In this document: piece after piece, positions 1-10,765 of the stretch
How the letters are laid out: each line of letters starts with the position of its first letter
Position numbering within the stretch: position 1 is the stretch's first letter
Source: an uncultured bacterium
Lineage (GTDB): Bacteria; Verrucomicrobiota; Verrucomicrobiia; Limisphaerales; UBA8199
DNA length: 64,000 bases
Assembly: GCA_963749495.1 (NCBI GenBank)
Contig: CAVVMW010000015.1
Location: forward strand, 288,001-352,000
Direction: 5' to 3'
Made by a program: the position numbers and the translations under genes
The notes under the pieces: model-generated
What the model was told of the DNA's origin: nothing
What the model saw: the letters and a program-made list of their open reading frames with translations, nothing else
The model's database searches: none

Positions 1-3000
1 ACCGTCACAGCTCTGAATCCGGTGGGTTACTATCGGCTCAACGACACGACGCCGGTGCCATCGGACATCGCCACCAATAGCGGCACCGCCGGCGCCCTTG
101 GAAACGGGTTCTACGTAAACGACAGCCCGTCCACTCCCATGCACCCCAGTACGCCCGGGGCGTTGGCGGGGAGCAGTGATCCGGCAGCCGCCTTCAACCC
201 CGGCTATGTGCAGGTGCCATTCGACCCTGCCATTAATCCCACGGGGCCATTCACGGCGGAAGCCTGGCTGCAGCCGAGTGTCGTGCCCGCGGGGTTAACG
301 GCGGTGATGGCTTACGGCCATCTGGAGAATCCGGCCGCCCCCGCGCTGGGCGGCAACCGCTCCGGGTGGTTGCTCTACCAGGACGATGGCTCGAGTTCGG
401 GCGGCAGCGGTTTCAACTTGAGGATGTACAACCATGACGGCATCAACCGCGCGCTGACCTTGACGGGTGGTGACGTGCCCACGGGAGGCACCTGGTACCA
501 CGTTGCGGTGTCTTACGACGGGACGAATGCCTTTTTGTATTTCAACGGCGTGCAAGTGGCGTCAGGGCAGGCGCTTGGCTTTGCCCCAAACGTTGACGGC
601 AACTTCTCGGTCGGGACCCGCAACGACGTGGGCTATACTTACGCTGGCGGCTTCATCAATGAGGTCGCCGTTTACACCAACGCGTTGAGCCCGGCCACCA
701 TCCTCGCTCATTACCAGAATGGGACCAACACATCCCCCGCAACGGCTTACGACGTGCTGGTGAAGTCCAGCAACCCGCTGCTCTACTACCGCTTCAATGA
801 ACCGGCCTTCACGTGGCCCGCAGTCCTGCCCACCACTCCGAACCTGGGCAGTTGGGGTGCGGCCGAGAATGGCAATTATGAAGACGGCATAACGGTGGGC
901 CAACCCGGGGTGCAATACCCTGGGTTTGACGCGGGCAACCTGGCCCCTCGCTTCAACGGTTTGCGAGGCACTGTGGTGATCACCAATCCGCCCTTGAACA
1001 CCCCCAACGTTACCTTCACCGCGTGGGTGAAGCGGCGCGGCCCCTCCGATTCCAGCCAGGGCACAGGAGGAAATGGTTGGGCAGGGATTGTCTTTCAGCG
1101 CGGCTCGGCACAGGCCACCGGCTACGGCTTCGGCGACAACAACGATCTGCGATATACATGGAATAACGATGCGAACTCCTACAACTGGGTGCCCTCGCCG
1201 AGAATGATCGTTCCAGACGGGCTCTGGAGTTTCGTGGCCGCGGTCTTCACTCCCACTCAGACCGTTCTCTGCTTGAACGGCGTGTTCGCCACGAACGTCC
1301 TGGCTCAGGCGCAACACGATTTCAGCGCTGACCAGCTATTCATTGGGCAAGACCCGCTGGGAAACCGCATCGTGGATGGCTTCATCGACGAGGTGGCTAT
1401 CTTTGACAAGGCCCTGACCGCCCAGCAACTACTGCAGTTGTATGCGGCCGCATCCATGCCTCCAGTCATTGTTGGCCAACCCCAGCCCCCCGCGGGCACG
1501 CTCTACGAGGGCATGTCTGTGGCGTTCAGTGTGGCGGCGGCGGGCGCTCAGCCCTTGTCTTATCAATGGACCAAGAACGGCGGCCCGCTCAGCGGCGCGA
1601 CCACGTCGGCCTTATCCATGAGTAATCTCCATGCCAGCGACAGTGGAAACTACGCCGTCGTGGTGACGAACTCCTTCGGCAGCATCACCAGTGCGGTCGT
1701 CGGGCTCACGGTCCTGGCGGGTCCGCCGATCCTGGTGACGGCGCCGAACTCCGTTTCCCATTACCCCGGCGGCACGGCGCAGTTCACCGCAGCCGCGTTG
1801 GGGAGCACGCCCATCACTTACCAGTGGCTGAAGGGCTCGACCCCTATTCCCGGCGCAACCAATCAAACCCTGACGATCCCGCTGCTTCAGGCCTCAGATG
1901 TCGGGAGCTACTCCGTCATCGCGGCCAATCCTTACGGCCAGACCAACTCGCCGGCGGCGACCATCACACTGTTACCAGTGGCTCCCAACGCCGTCAGCGC
2001 GATCCTCTCATGCAGTCCGGTGGCCTATTGGCGGCTCAATGAAACCAATGGCAGCACGGCGTTCAACTCCGTCGGCGGCTTCGATGGCACGTTTAACCCC
2101 GCGAAGACCCAAAACGGCGTAGCCGGGCTCCAACCGCCTTCCTTCACTGGTTTCGAGGCCGGCAACACTGCTTATTCTTTTGATGGCAACACCAGCAATA
2201 TCAATTGCCCGCCGCTGAACATCACGACGGCAACCGCGACCATCCTCGCGTTCATTCAGCCGCAAGGCCTCCCGCCGGCAACCGACCCGCCCGGCCTGGT
2301 CTTCTGCCGGGGCAGCTCTGGCGAGGTCGTGGGGATCAATCTCCGCGTGACCACCGGCAACCTGGGCTATGATTGGAATGACAATTCGAACGACTACAAC
2401 TGGGACCCGGGCTCACACCCACCACCGGTAAATGGAACTTCGTCGCCCTGGTGGTCGAGACCACCCAGGCAACCATGTACTTGGATTCAGGCTCGGGTAT
2501 CACGACCGCGACCAACGCGATCGCTCATGGCGCGGAGACCTGGTTCGCACCCATGCACCTGGGTACCGACTCGTTGGGCAACCGAATCTTCCATGGCCTG
2601 TTGGATGAAGTGGCCATTTTCGATCATGCGCTGAGTCCGACTGACATCCGAGCGATCCATGACGCGGCCTATAGCAACATTTACACGCCCGAGCCGCCGT
2701 CCATCACGATGCAACCGCAGTCGCAAGCGTTGTTCGTGGGCGACCCCTGCACGTTCAATGCCACGGCGTCCGGAAGCCCGCCGCTGACCTTCCAATGGAT
2801 GAAGAATGGTGCCAGTATTCCGGGGCAAATCCGGGGCACCTTGAGTTTCCCCAGCGTCTCGGTGTCCGATGCGGGCACTTACCAATGGGCTGTCACCCAG
2901 GGCAGCACCAGCATCACCAGCGCCCCCGCTGTCCTGAGCGTGGAGGCCATCCCGGCGTATGTGAACCTCACCAATAACATGGTTCTGCATCTGAAGTTCG

Positions 3001-3845
3001 ACGGCGATTATAAAGACTCGTCGGGCCTGGGTAACGATGCCACCGCCGTCGGATCGCCCACTTTCGTGCCCGGCAAACTGGGCAAGGCGGTCTATGTGAA
3101 CACGGCTAGCGGCCCCGGCACGTTCAACTATGTCGACAAAGCCTGGTCGGCAGACTTCGCCTTCACCGTCGCCGACAGCTTCTCGGTCTCCTTCTGGATC
3201 AACTACACCAGTTGGGCCAACGATCTGCCGATGATCGGCAATTCCGCCGGTTCGACCTACCAATTGGGCTGGGTGTTCACCGAAGATTATGGAAAGGCAG
3301 AATTCTCACTCGTGAGCACGGCTAACAGCGGCACTTACATATTCGATCCGGCCCCGGGAAGTCCGCTGATCGGCGATGGGGCCTGGCACAATATCGCAGG
3401 CGTGGTCAACCGCGGAGCGCAAACCTCTTCCGTCTATGTGGATGGCACTCCGGCCGGGAGCATGTCTATTGTCGGCCTCGACACGTTGGATTACGGCAGG
3501 GATATGGTGATCGGCCAGGACCCTACCGGCACATACGGTGTCAACGGCGCTGGCAGCATCGACAACGTCGGCGTCTGGCGGAGGGCCCTCACCCCCATCG
3601 AGGCCCGGTCGATCTACTTCGCCGGCCAAAGCGGTCACAGTTTCGACGTGCCCGCGCCGCCCAGCCTGTCGCTGTCGATCAGCATCGTCGGCGGAAACCT
3701 GCAGATCCATTGGTCCGCCGGAACGCTGCAGTCCTCCACCAAGGTGGACACCGGTTACACAGCGGTGCCTGGGGCAACCCCGCCAGTTTATACTGTGCCG
3801 CTGCCCACCACCGGCTCGATGTTCTATCGCGCCAAGATCCAGTAA
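1..3845 (+). CDS. Large secreted LamG (concanavalin A-like)/immunoglobulin-repeat protein; starts before the window; one frameshift near 2411
   Basis: Frame is open from base 1. Repeated LamG motifs (WYHVAVSYDG, IDEVAIFDKAL, LDEVAIFDHAL) and Ig I-set motifs (LSYQWTKNG...DSGNYAVVVTN). ORFs 22-2634 and 2451-3845 join if one G is restored in GACCCGGGCTC (WDPGLTPTTGKWNFVALVV). Confidence 0.85.
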
Positions 3846-3853
3846 TCTTCCTC

Positions 3854-3889
3854 TCGCTGCGCGTTGGAGGCAACTCCAACGCGCAGCGA
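3854..3889 (+). repeat. Perfect 16-bp hairpin with GCAA tetraloop (terminator-like or REP-like)
   Basis: TCGCTGCGCGTTGGAG-GCAA-CTCCAACGCGCAGCGA, 8 nt after the stop codon; no U-tract follows. Confidence 0.7.
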
Positions 3890-4059
3890 CGGCACCGGCA
3901 GGTCGCATGGGGGCACCGCCCCTAAACGCCCTCTGCCCGCGCAAAGCGCGGCACTCTCCTGCCACGGAGAGGCCGCAGATAATAGCTCGGGGCAAGACCC
4001 GCCGGAGTGTAGCGGAAGCGGGTCGCCGCACTGGGTAGAGCGGAAAGATCACCATTCCC

Positions 4060-4112
4060 CCCATAGGCTCCCAGCGTGTGCGCTCGGAGCGAACACGCTG
4101 GGAGCCTATGGG
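4060..4112. repeat. 20-bp inverted repeat (REP-like)
   Basis: CCCATAGGCTCCCAGCGTGT (4060-4079) pairs with ACACGCTGGGAGCCTATGGG (4093-4112). Confidence 0.7.
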
Positions 4113-4217
4113 ATGGGGAAAAGGGGGAGGGTCCCCATCGGCGCCCCAGGGGCAGTGCCGGGATGGGTCCGTACCGGCAAGAGGAGCGCCTCGGGTCGCA
4201 TCCCCTCGCCCTGCCAG

Positions 4218-4378
4218 GAGTCCGTCGCAGAAGTTGCTGGCTTGAAGCGCCGGCCGTTTGGCTTTCCACTTCGGGAGCAGATTCCGCAAGTTGGTCCGTT
4301 GCTTGACCTTCCTAGCCGCTCCCTCCCTCAGCGCCTCAATGGCCTGGGCCAGTTCGCTTCGGAAGGTCTGCCAATCCT
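4218..4378 (-). mobile_element. Possible 3' end of an IS (IS5/IS1182-like) transposase with overlapping terminal repeat
   Basis: Minus-strand reading ends ...PALQASNFCDGL over GAGTCCGTCGCAGAA, which resembles IS1182-type ends. No DDE core is present. Confidence 0.25.
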
Positions 4379-4862
4379 CAGGCGGTCGCCACGTCTCGCG
4401 AAGCGGCCGTGCGCTATAAAACCTACCTTGACGAGGCGCTGAAGGCGAAGGTTGCGGAGTTGGAGGTGGCCAACCCGCTGTGCATTGACCTTGACCGTTT
4501 GCGTGTGCTGGAAACAGCGGTAGTGATTTCCGGGACCAACAACGATGAGCCGCACGTCAGAGCATTCACGGGCGAGGATTACCACAGGCGGGCAATCCGC
4601 CGTTTCAAGCTGCCCTTTGACGCGGAGGAAGCGGAAGGCGACGAATCTTTCAATGGCCCCGTGGGGATAGTGGTTGTCCACAACATGCTCGTCACCGGCT
4701 TTGACGCACCGATTGAGCGGGTGCTTTACCTGGACAAGGTCGTCACCGACCACAACCTGCTCCAAACCATCGCCCGCGTGAACCGCATCGGCAACGAGCA
4801 CAAGGATAAGGGCTTCGTGGTGGATTACGTCGGGCTCGGCCACCACATCAAGCGGGCGCTGG
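4379..4862 (+). pseudogene. hsdR: Internal fragment of type I restriction enzyme R subunit
   Basis: QAVATSREAAVRY...IVVVHNMLVTGFDAP...LYLDK...HNLLQTIARVNR...KGFVVDYVG (helicase C-terminal motifs). Both ends are missing. Confidence 0.85.
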
Positions 4863-5043
4863 GCGCGGTAGCGAGCTTGCCGTCGGCATGGCTTGCCTTC
4901 CGGGAGTCGAGGTCGCCTACATCTGCGACGTGGATAACCGGAACATCCCCAAGGCCATCGAATCGGTCATGACCAAGGGCAAGCAAGCCCGGATTCCCAA
5001 AGGGGTGCGGGACTTCGGACGCATCCTCGAGGACAAGGCCGTT
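4861..5043 (+). pseudogene. Fragment of Gfo/Idh/MocA oxidoreductase
   Basis: GRGSELA...GVEVAYICDVD...RDFGRILEDKAV. Confidence 0.7.
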
Positions 5044-5343
5044 AGCCCGTTATTGTCACTATTAGTGTCTCATTGACGCACACTCTACTGCCTCTGAGGG
5101 GTCGTAATAGAGTATAACGAACCCAGTGGATGCGGCAAGCAGGTCTATTGCACCCGACCGATCATCGGAGAGGGCGAGGAATCGTCTCGGCCCGTGATAC
5201 CGCAGCCGGGAGCGAACAGCCCGGCCCCGTTTCCGTCCTTGCCACAGCCCCCTGGTTGTGGCAATACAGTGAGGTTCCACTGTCGGGTGACAGCGTTCAG
5301 ACATTTTTCAATTGCGGAATCAAGCTCCAGTGCGAGGCAAATC

Positions 5344-6523
5344 ATGAAACCCGAGAGCAACATGAGCGGCGGTCCAGCTCCCGCTGGCCAGGAAGTGTCA
5401 CGGAGGACCTTTGTAAAGAGCCTGGGTGCAATTGGGGTGGGCAGCGCCTTTCTTTCCCCCGGCGCGACCCGCCCGGCCCAAGCCCAGTATGGTCCGACGA
5501 GCGTTCAATGGGCTTTCCCCCAAGCAACTCACCGACATGTACGTCTGCATGCTCAAGATTCGTTTGTGGGAATCCAAAGTCAAAGATTTGCTCCTGTTGG
5601 GCGGCTTTCGCGGCGTCGCTCACCTGTATGTCGGGGAGGAAGCTGTTGCGGTGGGCGTGTGCAGCGCCCTGCGCAAAGACGACTACATCGCGAGCAATCA
5701 TCGTGGGCACGGCCACCTGATTGCCAAGGGGGGCGATCTCCGTCTCATGCTGGCGGAGATCACGCATAAAGCCACAGGCTACTGCAAGGGTTATGGCGGG
5801 TCGTTGCACATTACCGACATGAGCCTGGGCATCCTGGGCATGAACGGGATTGTTGGGGCGGCGCATCTCTTCGCTGCCGGGGCGGCCTATGGCATTCGGG
5901 TGAAGGGAACAGAGCAGGTGGCAGTCAGCTTTGGCGGGGACGGTTCCATCCAAGGCAACTTCTTTTCCAGCGCGGCCAACAGCGCCGCCGTCTGGAAGCT
6001 CCCCTGGATTGGGGTCATCGAAAACAACAACTTCCAAATCTGGGTCCGGGCCTCAGACGTTTATGCCACCGCAGATTTGGCGCAACGGGCGGCGGGCTAT
6101 GGGATCGAGGGGCGCGTGGTGGATGGCAATAACGTCCTGGCGGTCTATAACATCGCCAAGTACGCCGTGAATAAGGCCCGTGCCGGCGGCGGTCCGACTA
6201 TTATCGAGTGCAAGACCTATCGCTGGTATGACCACTATGGCGCGGGCGGCGCCCGGGTGGGGGTGGACGGGGCCTTCGGCCTGGGCTACCGCTCCGACCG
6301 CGAATTGCGGGACTGGATGGCCAAGGACCCCATCCCGCGGTTCCGCAGGTTCCTGGTCAGCGAGAAGGTGCTCACCGAAGAGCGGGCCGATGAGTTGGTG
6401 GCGGAGGTTCGCCAAACGGTCGAGGACGCCTCCAAATTCGCCGAAGCGCAGCCGGTGCCCAAGCCGGAAGACGGTCTGCTGAACGTCTTCGCCAAAGGCG
6501 CGGTCCCGCTTCACACCAGTTAA
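5344..6523 (+). CDS. TPP-dependent dehydrogenase E1 alpha subunit (AcoA/PdhA-like) with probable N-terminal Tat signal; frameshift at about 5510
   Basis: HLYVGEEAVAVG, SNHRGHGH, TPP motif GDG...ENN, IECKTYRW..H, DPI. The upstream frame encodes SRRTFVK + hydrophobic stretch + AQA. Confidence 0.85.
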
Positions 6524-6543
6524 GAGGAAGGGAGGCCACTGCA

Positions 6544-7515
6544 ATGCCAAAGAACATGAACTATGCAATCCTGGAAGCCATCCAGGGTGAAATGCGGCGG
6601 GACAAGCTGTTGACGCTCTTTTATGAATACCAAACTCCGGCGGCCGGATGGGAGAACCGCACCATCAACCTGGAATCGGAGTTCGGCCGCTGGCGGGTGC
6701 GCTTCTGCGCGATCGACGAGCAGTGGATCGTCGGTGGCGTGCTAGGCATGTCGTTGAGCGGGGTGCCTGCCATCGCCCATATCCCAAGCATGACGACCTT
6801 CATCCCCTACGAACTGATGTTCAACCATGCGGGCAAACTCCGGCACATGACTGGCGGCCAGGCCTCCTTCCCGATGGTCCTGTGGGCGGACATGATGGGC
6901 CGGCAGCCGTTTCAGGCCGGCCAACACGCCGATGCGGGGCTGGAGTCTTCGTACGCCCGGTTGGCGGGCCTCAAGGTGGTGATTCCCTCGACGCCCTACG
7001 ATGCCAAGGGCCTAATGATCTCTGCCATCCGCGACATGGACCCGGTCGTCTTCTGTCACTACTCCATGCCCTCGTCCGGCCCGGAGGTCCCAGATGAGCC
7101 CTACACGGTTCCAATCGGAGAGGCGGCAATCCGGAAGGAGGGGACCGACCTTACCATGGTTGGCTACGCCCCCCAGACGGCGCAGATAGCCAAGGCAGTC
7201 GCGCAACTGGAGCAAGAGGGGGTCAGCGCGGAGTTCATCGATCCCCGGACGCTGGCGCCCTTGGAGGGGGTCATGGAAGCCATACTCAAGTCCGTGAAGA
7301 AGACCGGCAAGCTCCTGACTTCCGACGACGGGTCGTACAGCTTCTGCAATTGCGCCGAGATCATTGCGCGCGTGGCCGAGGCTGTGCCCGGAGTCAAGGT
7401 CAAGCGGTTGGCGTTCCCGGATGCTCCCCCGCCGGGGGCGCCCGAGATGATCAACTACATGCGGGTGGATGCGGCCAAGATCGTGGCCGCCGCAAGGAAG
7501 CTGGTGAGGGGTTAG
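6544..7515 (+). CDS. TPP-dependent dehydrogenase E1 beta subunit (AcoB/PdhB-like, divergent)
   Basis: AIDEQ, AGKLRHMTGGQ, GLKVVIPSTPYDAKGLMISAIRD..PV, IDPRTLAPL, SVKKTGKL. GGGAGG RBS upstream. Confidence 0.9.
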   Translation: MPKNMNYAILEAIQGEMRRDKLLTLFYEYQTPAAGWENRTINLESEFGRWRVRFCAIDEQWIVGGVLGMSLSGVPAIAHIPSMTTFIPYELMFNHAGKLRHMTGGQASFPMVLWADMMGRQPFQAGQHADAGLESSYARLAGLKVVIPSTPYDAKGLMISAIRDMDPVVFCHYSMPSSGPEVPDEPYTVPIGEAAIRKEGTDLTMVGYAPQTAQIAKAVAQLEQEGVSAEFIDPRTLAPLEGVMEAILKSVKKTGKLLTSDDGSYSFCNCAEIIARVAEAVPGVKVKRLAFPDAPPPGAPEMINYMRVDAAKIVAAARKLVRG

Positions 7516-7636
7516 GGGTTCGACAGCCTCAATATTCGGCGTGGCAGGGTCACCTTGATCCCTGGCAGCGTCCGGCTAATCTCATTTGTTGTTAGACAAA
7601 AAACGCCCGTGGCGGCGCTTACGAAGGTGAAATCGC

Positions 7637-7984
7637 GTGAATGGCGGTTGGCCACATGAAACGCCCGCTTCATCGGACTGGGAGCGGTGGCTGGCCGGGC
7701 ACGGCCCGGTGCTGCTGCTGTTTGCCCGGCAACAAGCCCGTTGCGAGGCCGACGCCCAGGACCTGGTCCAGGAGGCGGTGGTCGAATGCTGGCGCCGTCG
7801 GGCGGTCGATGCGCCTCCGCCTCTGGCCATGGTGTTCGCGACCATCCAGCGCCGGGCCGTGGACTTTGCCCGGAGCGAGGACCGCCGCGCTGGCAGGGAG
7901 TTGGGGGCGAACCTCGACGCGCCTCAGTGTTGGTTCGACTCCGGAGTCGAGGAACGGGATCGGGCCCGATTGCTCCAGGAAGCA
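7637..7984 (+). pseudogene. N-terminal part of an ECF sigma factor (region 2); region 4 missing
   Basis: LLLFARQQARCEADAQDLVQEA...RRAVDFARSEDRR; the sequence switches after RLLQEA. Confidence 0.75.
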
Positions 7985-9070
7985 AGACATCTTAGAGCAG
8001 ACAATACAGGCGCGTGGTTGATGGTCGCGGCCAGCGCCTTGGCGGTGGGTTTGGCGGCCCAACCGGCCGCCGGGCAAGAGCAACGCACGGTGGCGGTGCA
8101 ATCCATGGTGGTCGGGGACGATGAGGGCCAACCGGCCAAAGAAACCGCCGCGCAGCAGAAGCGAATCGTTATCGAGACGATCGAACCGGAAAGTGGAAAA
8201 CAGGGCGCCAAGGAGGTGGCGTGGCTGGGTGTGTCCACGGACGAAACGACCGACGCCCTCGCGTTGCAGTTGGGCCTGAATTCCGGGGAGGGCTTGGTGG
8301 TGACTTATGTGGCGGCCGACAGCCCAGCGGCCAAGGCCGGCCTTCAGAAGTACGACGTGCTGGTGGAGTTCGGCGACCAGTTGCTCGTCCACCCGGCGCA
8401 GTTGCGCAAACTCGTGCAAATGCACAGGAGGGCGACACGATCAAACTGGGCATCTATCGGGCCGGCAAAAAGCAGCCGGTCTCCGCCACGCTCGGCAAGA
8501 CCGCGCGTGGTGGGGGATCCACGCTCGAAGATGGCGTGTTCCCCCGGAAGCTTGGAGGAACTGCAACGCCGGCTCGGCGACCTCAAACTCGGCGAGAACA
8601 TGACAGAACAGATGAAAGCAATCCGTGAGGCGCTGGCCAAGGCAGGCGTGGACAAGGACAAGATCCGGTTCGAGGTCGAACGCAGTGTCGAGGAGGCCCG
8701 CAAAGCCGTGCGCGAGGCCTTGCGCCACACCCAGAAGGCCCTGAGGCCCGCGACCAAGGACCTGGAGGACATGGCCGAGGGTGGGGTGGAGGTTAGGAAA
8801 GGAGCGACCGTAGTCGTCAAGAAGGATCGCAAATCAGTCAAGACCATGGTCAAGTCCGACAACTCGGGCACCTATGTCATTGTGGCCGCCCCAACGAGAC
8901 ACCTCACCGTTCATGACAGCGACGGCAAGTTGATCTTCGATGGCCCAATCGAGACGCAACCGCAACGAGAGAAGGTCCCCAAGGAGGTATGGGTAAAGGT
9001 CAAACCCATGCTGCGCGAGATGGGAACAATCAAAGAGGAGGAAGCGGAAAAAGAGCAGGGGGCCGAGTAG
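7985..9070 (+). CDS. Secreted PDZ-domain protein, start lost; compensating frameshifts near 8427 and 8540
   Basis: Signal-like stretch, then AWLGV...GLVVTYVAADSPAAKAGLQKYDVLVEFGDQ; continues in the alternative frame as EGDTIKLGIYRAGKKQPVSATLG. Confidence 0.7.
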   Translation, partial: RHLRADNTGAWLMVAASALAVGLAAQPAAGQEQRTVAVQSMVVGDDEGQPAKETAAQQKRIVIETIEPESGKQGAKEVAWLGVSTDETTDALALQLGLNSGEGLVVTYVAADSPAAKAGLQKYDVLVEFGDQLLVHPAQLRKLVQMHRRATRSNWASIGPAKSSRSPPRSARPRVVGDPRSKMACSPGSLEELQRRLGDLKLGENMTEQMKAIREALAKAGVDKDKIRFEVERSVEEARKAVREALRHTQKALRPATKDLEDMAEGGVEVRKGATVVVKKDRKSVKTMVKSDNSGTYVIVAAPTRHLTVHDSDGKLIFDGPIETQPQREKVPKEVWVKVKPMLREMGTIKEEEAEKEQGAE

Positions 9071-9262
9071 GCGAGCCATGAAAGGAGTGGGGACACCTCG
9101 CCCCGAGATGATCGCGGGGATAAGGTGTGCTTGCCCCGTTCCACAGAGCGACGCCCCTGACGATGCGAGAGGGGGTACTAGACTCAGGAGGGCGACGGAT
9201 TTAATGGCACCTCAATCGCCTTCCCATCATGACCGTCATTTGGTAATAGAGGCCATTGGCGA

Positions 9263-9586
9263 ATGCGAACAACACTGGTAACTATCCCTCACCTCCACCC
9301 GGCCCTGGGCGCCATGAGGCGGCGTCAATTCCTCAAAGCCACCGGGGCCATGGCCGTCTGCGCCACCCTGCCGCGACTGCCCGGCGCCACTGCCCGGCGC
9401 TTCAAAACCCAACTCTTTCCCAGCGACCTGCCCAGCTCTCAATGGGGGCAGTTCCAAGCTGCCGGATTTACCCAACCCGCCTGCGGAGTCATTTACCGCC
9501 TCAAAGACAAAGTGACCAACGGTCTCGCCCTGGGCCTGACTGAGGATGATCTGGCCGCCGTCAAGCTGCTCGCAGAGAAGAAGTAG
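9263..9586 (+). pseudogene. Tat-signal N-terminal fragment (GH116-like) joined to an unrelated C-terminal piece
   Basis: MRRRQFLKATG...WGQFQAAGFTQPACGVIYR...NGLALG, then an abrupt switch to LTEDDLAAVKLLAEKK*. Confidence 0.45.
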
Positions 9587-9649
9587 GCCAGCCAAATCCC
9601 AGAGTGACGCTCGTCAGGAATGGCGGGCGGTAATGCGGGAGCAAGCCGG

Positions 9650-10390
9650 TCACAACCCCGGCGCGTTGGTGCTTATGCCGGCGCTCGCAGCGAGAACGGG
9701 GTCCATGCGCCGCAGCACATTGCTGGCACAAGACCGGATTGCGTGATCCGAGTCGCGGAGTAGCTGGACTAAGGTGTTCGTCGGGTTCCCTTCCGCCATC
9801 CGGTCGCCCGCCAGCACGAGCATGGCGGTGTAGGAGACCAGACTCGCCCGATCCTGAAGTGCCTCAACCAGCGCCAGCCTGGCACCCTGTTCCTCGATTC
9901 CGATGCGCCCCAATGACCCGACGGCGAGCCACCGCACTACAGGGACTTTATCTCCTGTCGCTACCCGACTCAATGCCGGGATTGCCCGCTTGGCCCCGGG
10001 ACCAATCTCACCCAAAGCCTCCACCGCGTTCAAACGAATGTACACTGGCAAAAACGGCTTGGGCAACCATTTCTGCGCCCACGTGGGCAGCTTCCTCCAA
10101 ACCGTGCAATAATTGTGGCGGATACGGCCATCGTGTCTGTCCAACGCCTTGATGAGGTAAGGCACCGCGTTTGAGTCCACTCGCGGTAATGTCTGGCCAC
10201 TGAGATGAGGAGGGAAGGCGCTAACGTTGGCGACAGGTCCAGGATACTGACCGGAGCGTTCAATCCAGTAACCCAGTGGCTTCCCTTGGTAAACTGGCCC
10301 CTGCTCGTGTGTGCGCGACGCCTCCCATGTCGCCAGTCCCATGGCGAAGGCGAACAATACGGCCAGCACAATATAAGCCCGTTTCCGCAT
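9650..10390 (-). CDS. Membrane-anchored HEAT-repeat protein
   Basis: MRKRAYIVLAVLFAFAMGL, PVYQGKPLGYW, AVEALGEIGPGAKRAIPAL and further HEAT-like repeats. Confidence 0.8.
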   Translation of the reverse strand: MRKRAYIVLAVLFAFAMGLATWEASRTHEQGPVYQGKPLGYWIERSGQYPGPVANVSAFPPHLSGQTLPRVDSNAVPYLIKALDRHDGRIRHNYCTVWRKLPTWAQKWLPKPFLPVYIRLNAVEALGEIGPGAKRAIPALSRVATGDKVPVVRWLAVGSLGRIGIEEQGARLALVEALQDRASLVSYTAMLVLAGDRMAEGNPTNTLVQLLRDSDHAIRSCASNVLRRMDPVLAASAGISTNAPGL

Positions 10391-10439
10391 GGCCCGAATA
10401 TGCCCAAAGTGGTCAGCACAGCAACCCCATAATCGCGGA

Positions 10440-10765
10440 GTGGCCGGTGGCGGAGGAAGCCGCGCTGGCAGCCGGCTAGGCTGGAATCCCGCCGCGATCT
10501 CCATCTGGCGTTTGATGTCGTCAGGGGCGTCCTTGTAGTTGATTGAGAGCGATTCACGCTGGGCCTGGCTCTGGTTGACGCGGGCGGCGAGTTGAGCGCC
10601 GGCCTGCTTGAGCTGGTTCACGTCCATCGTGTTTTGCTTGAGGGCCTGGGCCATTTGTTGGAGGGTGTTCATCACCTGCTGGTTGTCTTCGACCAGGAGC
10701 GCGTCATCGTCGCCCGGCTTGAGTTCGAGCTTGAGATGGACCTCTGCATCGGTGAGATCGCGACG
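10440..10765 (-). pseudogene. Q-rich C-terminal fragment resembling phage portal protein tails
   Basis: SLSINYKDAPDDIKRQMEIAAGFQPS after a Q-rich coil; recognised from memory of the motif only. Confidence 0.35.

Noticed and set aside
4379..4862. Functional type I restriction-modification system
   Set aside because: Only about 160 internal codons of HsdR; no hsdM or hsdS.
7637..9070. Novel ECF sigma factor-PDZ fusion protein
   Set aside because: Sigma region 4 is missing and a signal-peptide-like stretch follows the join. It is better explained as an in-frame deletion or chimeric junction like the others here.
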